The notes beneath the pieces were generated by a model, which saw only the letters and a list, made by a program, of their open reading frames with translations, was not told the DNA's origin and did not search any database. DNA of 64,000 nt from a virus (taxonomy: Duplodnaviria > Heunggongvirae > Uroviricota > Caudoviricetes), in the IMG/VR virus record IMGVR_UViG_3300009502_000023, positions 37,731 through 101,730 of that record; one strand, 5' to 3'. Of this stretch, positions 9,002 to 18,144 are shown piece after piece. The stretch's first letter is position 1. Every line of letters starts with the position of its first letter. A program made the position numbers and the translations under genes.

Positions 9002-9641
9002 GTCCACTGATGCTGATGTTCTGAAGTCTCTGGTTGGAAATACCACTGGTCTCACTGCTACTGCAATTGCACATATTCTTGGTCATTCTAAAGCAGCAGC
9101 CATTAAGGATCTGCTTACTTCGATGGTATCTAGCGGCGCACTCGAGATTGATTCGTCTGGTCGTTATGAAGTCTATAAGACAGCTGCTAAGAAGGTAGCT
9201 AAAGTTGAGCCCAAGAAAGAAGTTGTAACTGTAGTTGATTCTGAGAAGGTTGCTGAGAAACTTCCTGCTGCTCAGGATCGTGATCTGCAGGGTTATCATG
9301 TTGATACGGTTAAGATCAAGGACAAGATGATGAAGCGCGTCACCACTCCGGATGGTAAGAAGATTCGTATGGAGAATGATGAGAAGCTCTTCGTCGTAAA
9401 TAACGAACCCAAGTATGTCGTAAAGACTGCTGAAGACGTTATTACTTGCATTCGTAAGTATGCCCTTGATAATAATCTGACTGTGTTCACGGTTGACGAT
9501 ATCAAGCAGAATCGCAAAATCTCAAACGATAAAGATGTGATGATCAAGGATGATCATATTATCTTCATGACGATCAAGAAACATAATAAGGCTGCTACCA
9601 AGAAACATGTTTCTAAGTATTCGTTCTATACGATTCTCTAA
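8994..9641 (+). CDS. GC-rich, codon-distinct gene; putative winged-helix DNA-binding protein with K/E-rich linker
   Basis: ORF 215 aa; local GC and CTG/AAG/GCT codon usage clearly above neighbours; N-term predicted HTH-like; followed by strong terminator. Confidence 0.55.
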   Translation: MPKSTDADVLKSLVGNTTGLTATAIAHILGHSKAAAIKDLLTSMVSSGALEIDSSGRYEVYKTAAKKVAKVEPKKEVVTVVDSEKVAEKLPAAQDRDLQGYHVDTVKIKDKMMKRVTTPDGKKIRMENDEKLFVVNNEPKYVVKTAEDVITCIRKYALDNNLTVFTVDDIKQNRKISNDKDVMIKDDHIIFMTIKKHNKAATKKHVSKYSFYTIL

Positions 9642-9674
9642 TCTAAGAATTAATTAACATTAATTAAATAGCTG

Positions 9675-9716
9675 TGGGTCCGGTTATGCACCAGGTATAA
9701 CCGGACCCATTTTAAA
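9675..9716 (+). terminator. rho-independent terminator
   Basis: 13-bp perfect stem TGGGTCCGGTTAT/ATAACCGGACCCA, 9-nt loop, then TTTTAAA. Confidence 0.6.
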
Positions 9717-9730
9717 TCCAGAGGAAAACC

Positions 9731-11548
9731 ATGTTAGACGTACCTGTTGGTCCAAAACTTATTTTTCATCTTCGTAAAGTATTAACTGAAAATCCTGAAT
9801 TGACAAATCTTTTACCATCGTTTGGTTGTGGTCGTATTGCTTCTAATGGAACTTATTATCCAACACACAAAATTAAGTTTAGAACTGATCCGGCCAATGA
9901 TGCTTTCACATACGATTATAATTCTGAACCAACTATCAGAATCTGTGATCTGTCACCTAAACATATCACCAATAAAAGTATTTACAGATCTTCTAATAAT
10001 AGTTCTGATGATGTTAGTAAATATTATCATAGGAATATGTATAATTCTAATTGGACCGGTCAATATAACGCAAAGAGACTCGGTATCAATGTAGATCGTA
10101 GTATTAAAGTTAAGGGATACGTACTTAATTTTAATGATATGCGAACTGCTATCAAAGAGAGTTTCTCCAACTACAGATATGATTCTATTATTGATTGTTT
10201 GTGGGAAATTTATTATATTGGTGAAAGAAATTGTGTTTTGGGTATTTCTGCTAATACTGGTATTCTGTATATCAGAAAGCAGACACTTTCTAAAATGTTA
10301 TTATCAAACAACGACGAAGCAATTCAGCGAGGTCTTAAGAATCTGTTGAAATGTTTTAATTTTACATTGCAGAAATATGAAAGTCTTAATATTCGAAATT
10401 ATGTTGAAGATATGACTCAACTAATTGAGAATGATGTAATTAATAAAGTCGTTAATACAAATGAGTTCTCTAGACGCTATTATGATAATGCTGGCCCCAA
10501 CGCAGCAAGTCAGAAAAGATTTATGGAAGATATTAAACACCACATTGATGAATCGATCAAAACATCTCTTCGTGGTTCTATCTTTGGTGTGAATGAGAAA
10601 TATTCATACTCAGATATTCTGAGTAATATTATCAATAAGCACAAAACTATCGAAAAAAGTATTTTTGATGATGGTTTTGCTAAAGGAATGCGTATTGGAA
10701 TGAAACTGGAAATGATTGGCTGGGTTCCGGTCAATATTAACTTTCCAGATAATTCAAACTCTACTGATGTGTGGTGGGCGAATGATGTCAATATTGTTCC
10801 TTCTACTTTTATCTTTAGGGAAGAACGTTATGAAATTCCTGAGGATAAAAGAAAAGCAAAAATTACAAAATTGTTCATCAACCAGAATGGTATAATGAGA
10901 TGTCAGGGCGAACATCCCAATGTAAGCGGAAGTAAAGTTTGCATGGGTGATCTCACCATTGATTACTCAAAGTCTGTTTCTGACATTCAAGATGCTTTGG
11001 ATAGAGCCAAATCATTATTGGATATTATCAATTATGATTCTGCATATTCTAGTAGAGATCGAGACGAATTACTTAAGTGTTCTACTAAAGTTCGTTCTCT
11101 ATCTACTCGTGATATAGAAAATGGTATTCCCAAAAAGACAGAACTTAAAATTAAAGAAGTTAATTTCTCTGATAATGATGATGAGGAAGAAGTTGAAGAG
11201 ACTGCTACTGCAGTGGATGATTCTGAAACAGTAATTGTTCATAATGAGGAAGTTATTGCTTCTCTTATTGATGATATTGAACCAGATGATCCAAATCGGC
11301 AGGGTGCTCGTCAACAAGTTCCTAACCATGTAGAAGACGATGAGAATGAAGAACAGATTCAAGTTCAAACTCACGTAATATCAAACAATGTAGACACGAT
11401 TGAACAAATTCGAGTTGTAGAAGAAACTGGTGAAAGACGTCCGGTTGTATTCTATACAACATCTGGTGATGCTGTAATAATTCAAGCTCCATCAGAACAC
11501 GCTGTTGATAGTCATGAATTAGTACTTGGAGATATCAATCTACTGTAG
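9731..11548 (+). CDS. large hypothetical protein containing a UBC/E2-like active-site motif (HPNVSGSKVCMGDL) and acidic C-terminus
   Basis: ORF 605 aa; HPN-x6-C(M)GDL at about nt 10912-10950 matches E2 HPNxxxxGx(I/V)C(L/M)xxL signature; immediately upstream of E1 and JAB genes. Confidence 0.5.
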   Translation: MLDVPVGPKLIFHLRKVLTENPELTNLLPSFGCGRIASNGTYYPTHKIKFRTDPANDAFTYDYNSEPTIRICDLSPKHITNKSIYRSSNNSSDDVSKYYHRNMYNSNWTGQYNAKRLGINVDRSIKVKGYVLNFNDMRTAIKESFSNYRYDSIIDCLWEIYYIGERNCVLGISANTGILYIRKQTLSKMLLSNNDEAIQRGLKNLLKCFNFTLQKYESLNIRNYVEDMTQLIENDVINKVVNTNEFSRRYYDNAGPNAASQKRFMEDIKHHIDESIKTSLRGSIFGVNEKYSYSDILSNIINKHKTIEKSIFDDGFAKGMRIGMKLEMIGWVPVNINFPDNSNSTDVWWANDVNIVPSTFIFREERYEIPEDKRKAKITKLFINQNGIMRCQGEHPNVSGSKVCMGDLTIDYSKSVSDIQDALDRAKSLLDIINYDSAYSSRDRDELLKCSTKVRSLSTRDIENGIPKKTELKIKEVNFSDNDDEEEVEETATAVDDSETVIVHNEEVIASLIDDIEPDDPNRQGARQQVPNHVEDDENEEQIQVQTHVISNNVDTIEQIRVVEETGERRPVVFYTTSGDAVIIQAPSEHAVDSHELVLGDINLL

Positions 11549-11560
11549 GGTTAAAACAAC

Positions 11561-12313
11561 ATGAGTAATAGTAATCTAGAACGAGAGATGTTTAATCGGC
11601 AGCAAGATATCGAATTGTACAAATTCGAGTTTGCTATCATAATTGGTGTTGGTGGAATTGGGAGTTGGGTTGCTTTGAACATGGCATTAACAGGTAATGT
11701 TACTAACATGTTTTTAATTGACCCAGATACGATTGAAAGCAGTAATTTGAATAGAACACCATTCAGATTCTGTGATATCGGTCAACCCAAGGTTGTCGCT
11801 CTAAAGTATTTGATTTTAGAACGACGAGCTGTAAATATTGAAATCTATCAGCAAAAAACAAATGCTGCATTAGCTACAGAAATTGCAGATAAGACTATTA
11901 AGGTTGATCGGTATGCATCTCGAACTAATAAGAAACAAATATCAAACAATGGTGTGATTGTTGATTGTCGAGATGATGTCTATACAGACATGTATGATTT
12001 TCCATACAAGTATTATAAAGTGGGTTATGATGGTTTATCGATAACGATTGATGGAAATCCCAGGAACACAGCAGTCTGGGGTCGAGCCAATGGTTATCGT
12101 CATACGCCATCATTTATTTGTCCTGCACAACTTGCAGCTAACTTGGTAGTTACTGATATTCTGACAATGAAAGATTCTGATGAAACAAATGAGAATGAAA
12201 CAGATACTGTTGAAAATGTAAACGCATTTGATAATAGTGGAAGATTAAACAAAGTCGTAACCTTTGATGTTAAAGATCTCGTCGAGATGATTTACCACAA
12301 GGTTAATCCGTAG
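11561..12313 (+). CDS. ThiF/MoeB/E1-family adenylyltransferase
   Basis: IIIGVGGIGSWVALNMA Rossmann GxGxxG; DPDTIESSNLNRTPF (D.D.VE.SNLNRQ-like); DCRDD (DCTDN-like) motif. Confidence 0.7.
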   Translation: MSNSNLEREMFNRQQDIELYKFEFAIIIGVGGIGSWVALNMALTGNVTNMFLIDPDTIESSNLNRTPFRFCDIGQPKVVALKYLILERRAVNIEIYQQKTNAALATEIADKTIKVDRYASRTNKKQISNNGVIVDCRDDVYTDMYDFPYKYYKVGYDGLSITIDGNPRNTAVWGRANGYRHTPSFICPAQLAANLVVTDILTMKDSDETNENETDTVENVNAFDNSGRLNKVVTFDVKDLVEMIYHKVNP

Positions 12314-12330
12314 TCACAAGGAAATAGTTA

Positions 12331-13341
12331 ATGAGCGTGAAAGAACTTAGCTTTGAAGACGACGGAGAAGATTCTGTCGGCACAGAAGTGAAAGAAGGAA
12401 TACAAACTGTTAAATCAGGAGCAGAAAAGGGAACTTGGATTAACCAAAAACGAGTTCCCCTGACTCTTCCGTTAGTTTGTTTGATTCCCCATAAAATATT
12501 AATTGTAATTCGAAGTGTTGAAAAAATGATCATTAGTTCTGGAATGGGAACAATGGAAGTTGGAATGTTCCTTAACGGAAAAATGAATGAACAGGGTAAG
12601 TTGGTTCTGTCTGAAGATTTTTATATTCCCCAGCAAAAGGTTGGTGGGGCAAGTATTGATTTTCAGGAAGAACCACCTGATCTAAAATGGAATGGTGTAA
12701 TTCATCGTCACCCTGATGGATGTAAGAGCTTCAGTGGTACCGATGGAACTTATATTAATGCAAATTTTGAGTTTTCATTGTTGTATGTATGTAATGAAAT
12801 TACCCTTGGCATCTATAATTTTGACAATAACGGATTCAGATTTCAGGTTCCTTTAAAGACCGAGATCATGTATCCGATTATGGAACTGCAAGATAAGGAT
12901 GCAATCTTAGCTAAGATTACTAAGGTTCAGTATCCTTCTTCTACATCATCTGTGGTGGTTCAGCGTGGTTATGGTGGCGTACACCAGAATCATACTGGAA
13001 ATCCTCTTTGGTCAGACCGGAGAGATTTTAGACACCGAACATTACTTGCGGAAGATAATCAAATGGACTTTGATTCTTTCTTCCAACAAGAGGATAATCG
13101 AATTGTTGGGGATGATACTATCATCACTGATGATACGATTGAAGATGATAATGAAGAACTCTGCATTTGTAAAAAGTGTGGAGAAGTTCAGTGGATTGAG
13201 GACTATCCTCATTGCTGTGAAAGCTGTGAAGAGTTCCTTTCTGAAGATCAGGTTGAACTTGTCTCCACTCAGGATGTTCGTTGTTATGATGAACAGACCA
13301 GAGATAAGATTATACTGCTTCTTCAAGAGAAACAGGCATAG
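12331..13341 (+). CDS. JAB/MPN (JAMM) metalloprotease with C-terminal acidic region and zinc ribbon
   Basis: HRHPDGCKSFSGTD = HxHx7Sx2D JAMM motif at about 12703-12744; C-term CICKKCGEV...CCESCEEF. Confidence 0.65.
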   Translation: MSVKELSFEDDGEDSVGTEVKEGIQTVKSGAEKGTWINQKRVPLTLPLVCLIPHKILIVIRSVEKMIISSGMGTMEVGMFLNGKMNEQGKLVLSEDFYIPQQKVGGASIDFQEEPPDLKWNGVIHRHPDGCKSFSGTDGTYINANFEFSLLYVCNEITLGIYNFDNNGFRFQVPLKTEIMYPIMELQDKDAILAKITKVQYPSSTSSVVVQRGYGGVHQNHTGNPLWSDRRDFRHRTLLAEDNQMDFDSFFQQEDNRIVGDDTIITDDTIEDDNEELCICKKCGEVQWIEDYPHCCESCEEFLSEDQVELVSTQDVRCYDEQTRDKIILLLQEKQA

Positions 13342-13348
13342 ATACAAA

Positions 13349-13385
13349 CTTCTACCATCAGAACAAAATAAACTGATGGTAGAAG
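13349..13385 (+). terminator. stem-loop (13-bp stem) after JAB gene, possible terminator/processing site before tRNA
   Basis: CTTCTACCATCAG/CTGATGGTAGAAG inverted repeat; no clear T-run. Confidence 0.35.
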
Positions 13386-13390
13386 CAGTT

Positions 13391-13464
13391 GCACGCATAG
13401 TTCAATGGTAGAACTGGAGATTTCCAATCTTCAAATGTGGGTTCAATTCCCACTGCGTGCTCCA
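13391..13464 (+). tRNA. tRNA-Gly (anticodon UCC), CCA encoded
   Basis: manual fold: acceptor GCACGCA/TGCGTGC, D-arm GTTC-AATGGTA-GAAC, anticodon stem GGAGA/TCTTC with loop TTTCCAA, T-arm GTGGG-TTCAATT-CCCAC, discriminator T, CCA. Confidence 0.85.
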
Positions 13465-13481
13465 ATTAAACCGGTGTATGA

Positions 13482-14552
13482 ATGAATAAGTTATGTGAAT
13501 GCGGTTGCGGAAAAGAAGTAATTAGTGATAAACATAGATTTATCCATGGACACAGTACCAAAGGAAGAAAAGATCTTTATATTAAACGAGCAAAAAATTT
13601 TAAAGAAAAACACGGAGTGGAATATCCGGGCCAACTGGAGAGCGTTCAGAATAAATCTAAACAAACATGTTTAAAAAAATATGGTAAAGAATATACATTC
13701 CAAACCAAATGTGTTAAAGATAAGATTAAGAAAAAATGCTTAGAGAACCTGGGTGTAGAAAATCCAAGTCAATCAGAAATTATTAAAGAGAAAAAAATAC
13801 AAACATATCTAGAAAGTCTAAATGTAGAAAACCCAAGTCAATCAGATATCATTAAAAAGAAAAAAAGTCAAACAAATTTAGAACATTGTGGTTTTGAAAA
13901 TCCAATGCAATCACAAAATGTTCAAGAAAAATCAAAACAGACAAATATAAATCATCGCGGTGTTGAATATCCGATGCAATCAGATGATGTTCAAGAAAAA
14001 TCAAAACAGACAAATATAAAGAATCGGGGCGTTGAATATCCATTTCGGTCAAAAGAAGTTCAGGAAAAATATAAACGGACATGTGTATATAACTATGGTG
14101 TTGATAATTTTGCAAGGACACCACAATTTAAAGAAATGGCTCGTATCAATAGTATCAGAATGATAGAAAATCAATTAGTTAATGGTGAACCAATGTGTCC
14201 GTTTATTGGTGATCATGAAAGACTATTTTTAAATGAACTTCAACACCACGTAACATATAAAATCATTCGAAATGATATTTCTTTTAGATATATTAAAGGT
14301 AGATTTCCCGATGGTCATATCTCAGAATTAAAACTTTTTATTCAGTTTGATGAGAGAGTTCATTTTGAAAATAAAGAAATGACCATATATAAAGAAGATG
14401 ATACAGATTGTACTCTTCAATTAGCATCTCTTGGTTATATTGTTTTTAGAGTATCTGAAAAACAATGGAATGAAAATAAAGAACAAGTTATCAATCAATT
14501 TAAAGGACTACTAGAATGTCTAAGAGAGCAGCAGTTGGCGACGCCCATTTAA
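13482..14552 (+). CDS. homing-endonuclease-like protein (CxCGCG Zn-ribbon + repeats + PD-(D/E)xK-like FPDGHISELK C-terminus)
   Basis: MNKLCECGCGKEV...GHS N-terminus shared with 5 paralogs; repeated K.Q.YLE.LGVENP.QS modules; 37-nt overlap with sbcD start. Confidence 0.6.
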   Translation: MNKLCECGCGKEVISDKHRFIHGHSTKGRKDLYIKRAKNFKEKHGVEYPGQLESVQNKSKQTCLKKYGKEYTFQTKCVKDKIKKKCLENLGVENPSQSEIIKEKKIQTYLESLNVENPSQSDIIKKKKSQTNLEHCGFENPMQSQNVQEKSKQTNINHRGVEYPMQSDDVQEKSKQTNIKNRGVEYPFRSKEVQEKYKRTCVYNYGVDNFARTPQFKEMARINSIRMIENQLVNGEPMCPFIGDHERLFLNELQHHVTYKIIRNDISFRYIKGRFPDGHISELKLFIQFDERVHFENKEMTIYKEDDTDCTLQLASLGYIVFRVSEKQWNENKEQVINQFKGLLECLREQQLATPI

Positions 14553-15544
14553 GCGGATTTCAATCTGATACGTTGGATAAAAAAGGTTTACCTAAACGTT
14601 TAGGTTTCATTATAAAGTCATTAGACTTTATAGTTGATTTTTGCAATCAAAAGAATATTTTTGATTTTGATTTTTTAGGCGATCTTGTAAATGATAAAAG
14701 TATTATTTATACCGTAGCACAAGATGCTTTTAAAGATTTTCTTGTTAGACGGAAGAATTGCAGATTCAGAATCATTAGTGGTAACCATGATCTATCCTCT
14801 ACTGGTGATTTGCAAAAAAGTGCAATATCTGTATTCTCGGAATATCCTAACGTGAAATGTTTTGTTGGCGGACCGGAAGTAATTGATAATATCACTTACA
14901 TTCCTTTCACCGAGAAATTTTTAGAAACAATTAAAATATCACCACCATCTGATATTTTAATCACACATCTTGGCTTGAATGAAGCACATCTTCAATCCGG
15001 GTTGTCTAAAGTTGATAAGATTTCAATTAAAGATTTATCTAAATTTAAATTAGCTTTGATGGGGCACTATCATCGCCCACAGGATTTTAGCAATGGAACT
15101 ACTCATGTGTGGTACGCGGGATCTTTAACGAATAAAGATTGGAACGATAAGAATGAGCAGAAAAGATTTCTTATCTATGATACTGAAACACTAGAAGTAG
15201 AATCTGTTCCTATTGATTGTGGTATTCCTCAATTTATTGAGTTGACTATCAATAATGAAACTGATAAGATAGAAATCTTAAAGCAAGCAGAAATTGCAAA
15301 AAATAATGGAAACAATGTTCGTATTAAAAATAAATCAGAAACAGTAATTAAAGATGAAGTATCTGGTGGCGTTTTAGTTCTTGAACAGCATGATGTGGAT
15401 ATTACCGATAGAGGTATTACCATATCAATGACCAAAGAAGAACAACTTAAGAAATATCTTTCGATTAAAGAAATTCCTGAAGTTGAATGCCCAGAATATT
15501 TGTCTCTGATTGCAAAGTATGATTTATTACACAAGGATGAATAA
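14516..15544 (+). CDS. sbcD: SbcD/Mre11-like nuclease (T4 gp47-like)
   Basis: motifs GDAHL, GDLVND, GNHD, GHYH of Mre11 phosphoesterase; directly upstream of SbcC-like gene. Confidence 0.8.
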   Translation: MSKRAAVGDAHLSGFQSDTLDKKGLPKRLGFIIKSLDFIVDFCNQKNIFDFDFLGDLVNDKSIIYTVAQDAFKDFLVRRKNCRFRIISGNHDLSSTGDLQKSAISVFSEYPNVKCFVGGPEVIDNITYIPFTEKFLETIKISPPSDILITHLGLNEAHLQSGLSKVDKISIKDLSKFKLALMGHYHRPQDFSNGTTHVWYAGSLTNKDWNDKNEQKRFLIYDTETLEVESVPIDCGIPQFIELTINNETDKIEILKQAEIAKNNGNNVRIKNKSETVIKDEVSGGVLVLEQHDVDITDRGITISMTKEEQLKKYLSIKEIPEVECPEYLSLIAKYDLLHKDE

Positions 15545-18132
15545 TGCAAGACATTTATATTGAAAAGATTCGTCTTAAGAATGTTAGATGTCACCATGAA
15601 ATGGAAATGGATTTTCCTGTAGATAGTTTTACCTTGATACTAGGAAAAAATGGAGCTGGAAAATCCACAATTCCAAAAGCCGTATGTATGGCATTATATG
15701 GTGATGATGGTTCTGTTAAAGGTGATAGATTATCCATATCTGATATGGTTAATGATAAGGTCAAGAAAGATCTTGAAATTGTTTTAAATTTCAGAGTTGT
15801 TGAAGGTGAACGAACCGATAACTATGAAATTCAACTTTACCAGGAACATAAGAAATATCATAATAAATTCTTTCTGTTAAAAAATGGAGTTGATATTTCT
15901 GGTAAGACAAAAACCGAAACATATGAAGCAATTGAACATCTTATTTATCCTCGTGATGTTTTCATGAATACCGTATACTTCACGCAGCAGGTAAAAGACT
16001 TCTTTACAGCGTTAACTAATTCTGAACAGAAGATGATATTCGATGCTATCTTATCAACTCAAGATTATCGTCTATACTATAACAATGCAGATAAAGCATT
16101 AAAGCAACTTACTGCGGAATATAATTCTGCTGATTCTATGTTATCTGGTATGCTTGCTGCAGTTGATATTAAGAAACAATCTATTACACAATTTCTTGCC
16201 AGTAAACAAAAGGCAGTTGATAATAATGCAGTCATTCTTTCTGATTTGACTCAGAAGAAAATCAATAAAGAGAATGAACTTCAAGTTCAGCAAGATGAAA
16301 AAGAAACTAACAATTTTGACCAGGTTAAAATTGATAGTTTAAATAGTAATCTTTATAAGTTACAGTCTGAACGAGATGCTATTCAATTGACTATTGATAC
16401 AGCAATTAAGAAGTTAAATACACAACAAGAGTTAGATGTATCAACAAAGAAATCTGAACTTCTTGATATCAAAGCTAAAGCCAGAGTAGAAATTAGTGAT
16501 AAGTTTAATAAAGAAATTGCCAGTCTAAATACTCAGTTAAATGTGATTCTCACATCAATTTCTGAAACTGAGAAATTATATGATACTTCTTCATTGTTTA
16601 AAGATCATAGTTCTTTTAATCTTGAAAAGCAAAAAGAGATTAATTTTGTAAATAAAGAACTTGGCGGATTAGATTCTTTATTCTCTACTCATATTATCGA
16701 AGATGAAAAAAGAGAAAGACTCAGAATCATAGAATCTAATATTCAAGATATTAAGGATAAAGCATCTAGAATTAAAGAGAATGTTGCTACTCTAAAATCT
16801 AAAATTTCTGGTTTAGAGAAAACCATTAATGAAGATGAATCTAAACTAAATGAACCAACACCGATATGTTCAAAGTGTCGAAGACCATTTCATGGTTCAG
16901 ATGGTGTTACTACAATTAAAGAATCTATTGAAGTTCTGAAAAAAGAAGTAGCTGATTTAAATTCTAAGATTCAAATTCATATACCAGAGATGGATTCTCT
17001 TAGAACTAATTATCAAGAAACTGCTGCTCTCAAGGATTCAACCAATACATCTTACAATGAAAAGATTCAAGAAGTTATCAATAAGAAAACATCTCAATCA
17101 GAAACTTTAATTCGTAAACGAGAGTTGATTCAATTGGAGATTATTGATCATAAGAATCAGATTGATTCTCGGGTTCAAGAAATGTTAGCTAAGAAAGAAG
17201 TTGCAACTACTGAACTTAAGAAGAAACAGATTCTTATTGAAAATCAAATCTCTGGTATTGATAAAACATTAGAAACTAAATTGGGTGTCATAGAACATAA
17301 TTATACAAAAGATATGGAATCCATTACACAAGAACATATTAAAAAGTATGATATTCTTCGTGAAAAGTGCAACTTGGATTTTAATAATCAAGTAATAACA
17401 TTAGATCTTCAAATAACCAATATCAGTACGGAGCTAGTAACACTTGATATTCAGCGCAAGAAGATGGTCGAAATAAATGCTGCTATCCAAACTTTAAACG
17501 CTGAATTAAAAATGTGCATGGAACGAATTATTGAGTGTCAAAATTTCGTATATGATGATACTCAAATTCAAAAACTAAGTTCTGATATTACTGATAACGA
17601 AGCGATTTTGAAAAATTTAGTAGACAAGAAAAAAGGAATTCAAAGAGAGATTAAGATTCTTGAATTTTGGAAAGAATCATTCTCTGATACCGGTATTAAG
17701 AGTATGTTGATTGATATGGCAATTCCTCATATGAATGAGTCCGTTGCTATTGCTCTAGAGAAGATTGTACCTGGTGTTTTCACAGTTTCTTTTGATACTT
17801 TGAAGATGACCAAATCGGGTGACGTCAGAGATAAATTCAATGTCAACATTCTTCATAATATTAAAGGTACGAATAGTCATAAGAAATTATCTGGTGGCGA
17901 AAAGAGAATAGTTGATTTATCCTGTATGGAAGCACTAAAATCTTTAGCTGAAAGATTATACGGGAAGAGAATTCACAATTCATTTTATGATGAAGCGTTG
18001 GATTCTTTAGATGATGATAGCTGTCAAGCATTTGGACAGGCAATCAGAATCTTATCCGCAGGAAAGAATATTACTTTAATTGCACATAAAGCTGCTGAAA
18101 ATGTTGAACCTGATAGAGTGTTCACACTGTAA
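15544..18132 (+). CDS. sbcC: SbcC/Rad50-like SMC ATPase (T4 gp46-like)
   Basis: Walker A GKNGAGKST, long coiled coil with CSKCRRPF zinc hook, signature LSGGEKR, Walker B FYDEALDSLDDD. Confidence 0.85.
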   Translation: MQDIYIEKIRLKNVRCHHEMEMDFPVDSFTLILGKNGAGKSTIPKAVCMALYGDDGSVKGDRLSISDMVNDKVKKDLEIVLNFRVVEGERTDNYEIQLYQEHKKYHNKFFLLKNGVDISGKTKTETYEAIEHLIYPRDVFMNTVYFTQQVKDFFTALTNSEQKMIFDAILSTQDYRLYYNNADKALKQLTAEYNSADSMLSGMLAAVDIKKQSITQFLASKQKAVDNNAVILSDLTQKKINKENELQVQQDEKETNNFDQVKIDSLNSNLYKLQSERDAIQLTIDTAIKKLNTQQELDVSTKKSELLDIKAKARVEISDKFNKEIASLNTQLNVILTSISETEKLYDTSSLFKDHSSFNLEKQKEINFVNKELGGLDSLFSTHIIEDEKRERLRIIESNIQDIKDKASRIKENVATLKSKISGLEKTINEDESKLNEPTPICSKCRRPFHGSDGVTTIKESIEVLKKEVADLNSKIQIHIPEMDSLRTNYQETAALKDSTNTSYNEKIQEVINKKTSQSETLIRKRELIQLEIIDHKNQIDSRVQEMLAKKEVATTELKKKQILIENQISGIDKTLETKLGVIEHNYTKDMESITQEHIKKYDILREKCNLDFNNQVITLDLQITNISTELVTLDIQRKKMVEINAAIQTLNAELKMCMERIIECQNFVYDDTQIQKLSSDITDNEAILKNLVDKKKGIQREIKILEFWKESFSDTGIKSMLIDMAIPHMNESVAIALEKIVPGVFTVSFDTLKMTKSGDVRDKFNVNILHNIKGTNSHKKLSGGEKRIVDLSCMEALKSLAERLYGKRIHNSFYDEALDSLDDDSCQAFGQAIRILSAGKNITLIAHKAAENVEPDRVFTL

Positions 18133-18144
18133 ACCGGAGAGAGA

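Noticed and set aside
9822-10349. Internal + strand ORFs 9822-10094 and 10134-10349.
   Set aside because: They are alternative frames inside the 605-aa ORF that carries the E2-like motif. They are hydrophobic and low-complexity and have no RBS.
12965-13411. ORFs 12965-13411(+) and 13042-13398(-) overlapping the JAB gene 3' end and the tRNA.
   Set aside because: The region is fully explained by the JAB CDS (with its Zn-ribbon C-terminus), a stem-loop and tRNA-Gly. These alternative frames lack start-site support.
13391-13464. The tRNA as an attachment site or prophage boundary.
   Set aside because: No integrase, excisionase or flanking direct repeats are present. Gene content is that of a virulent phage.
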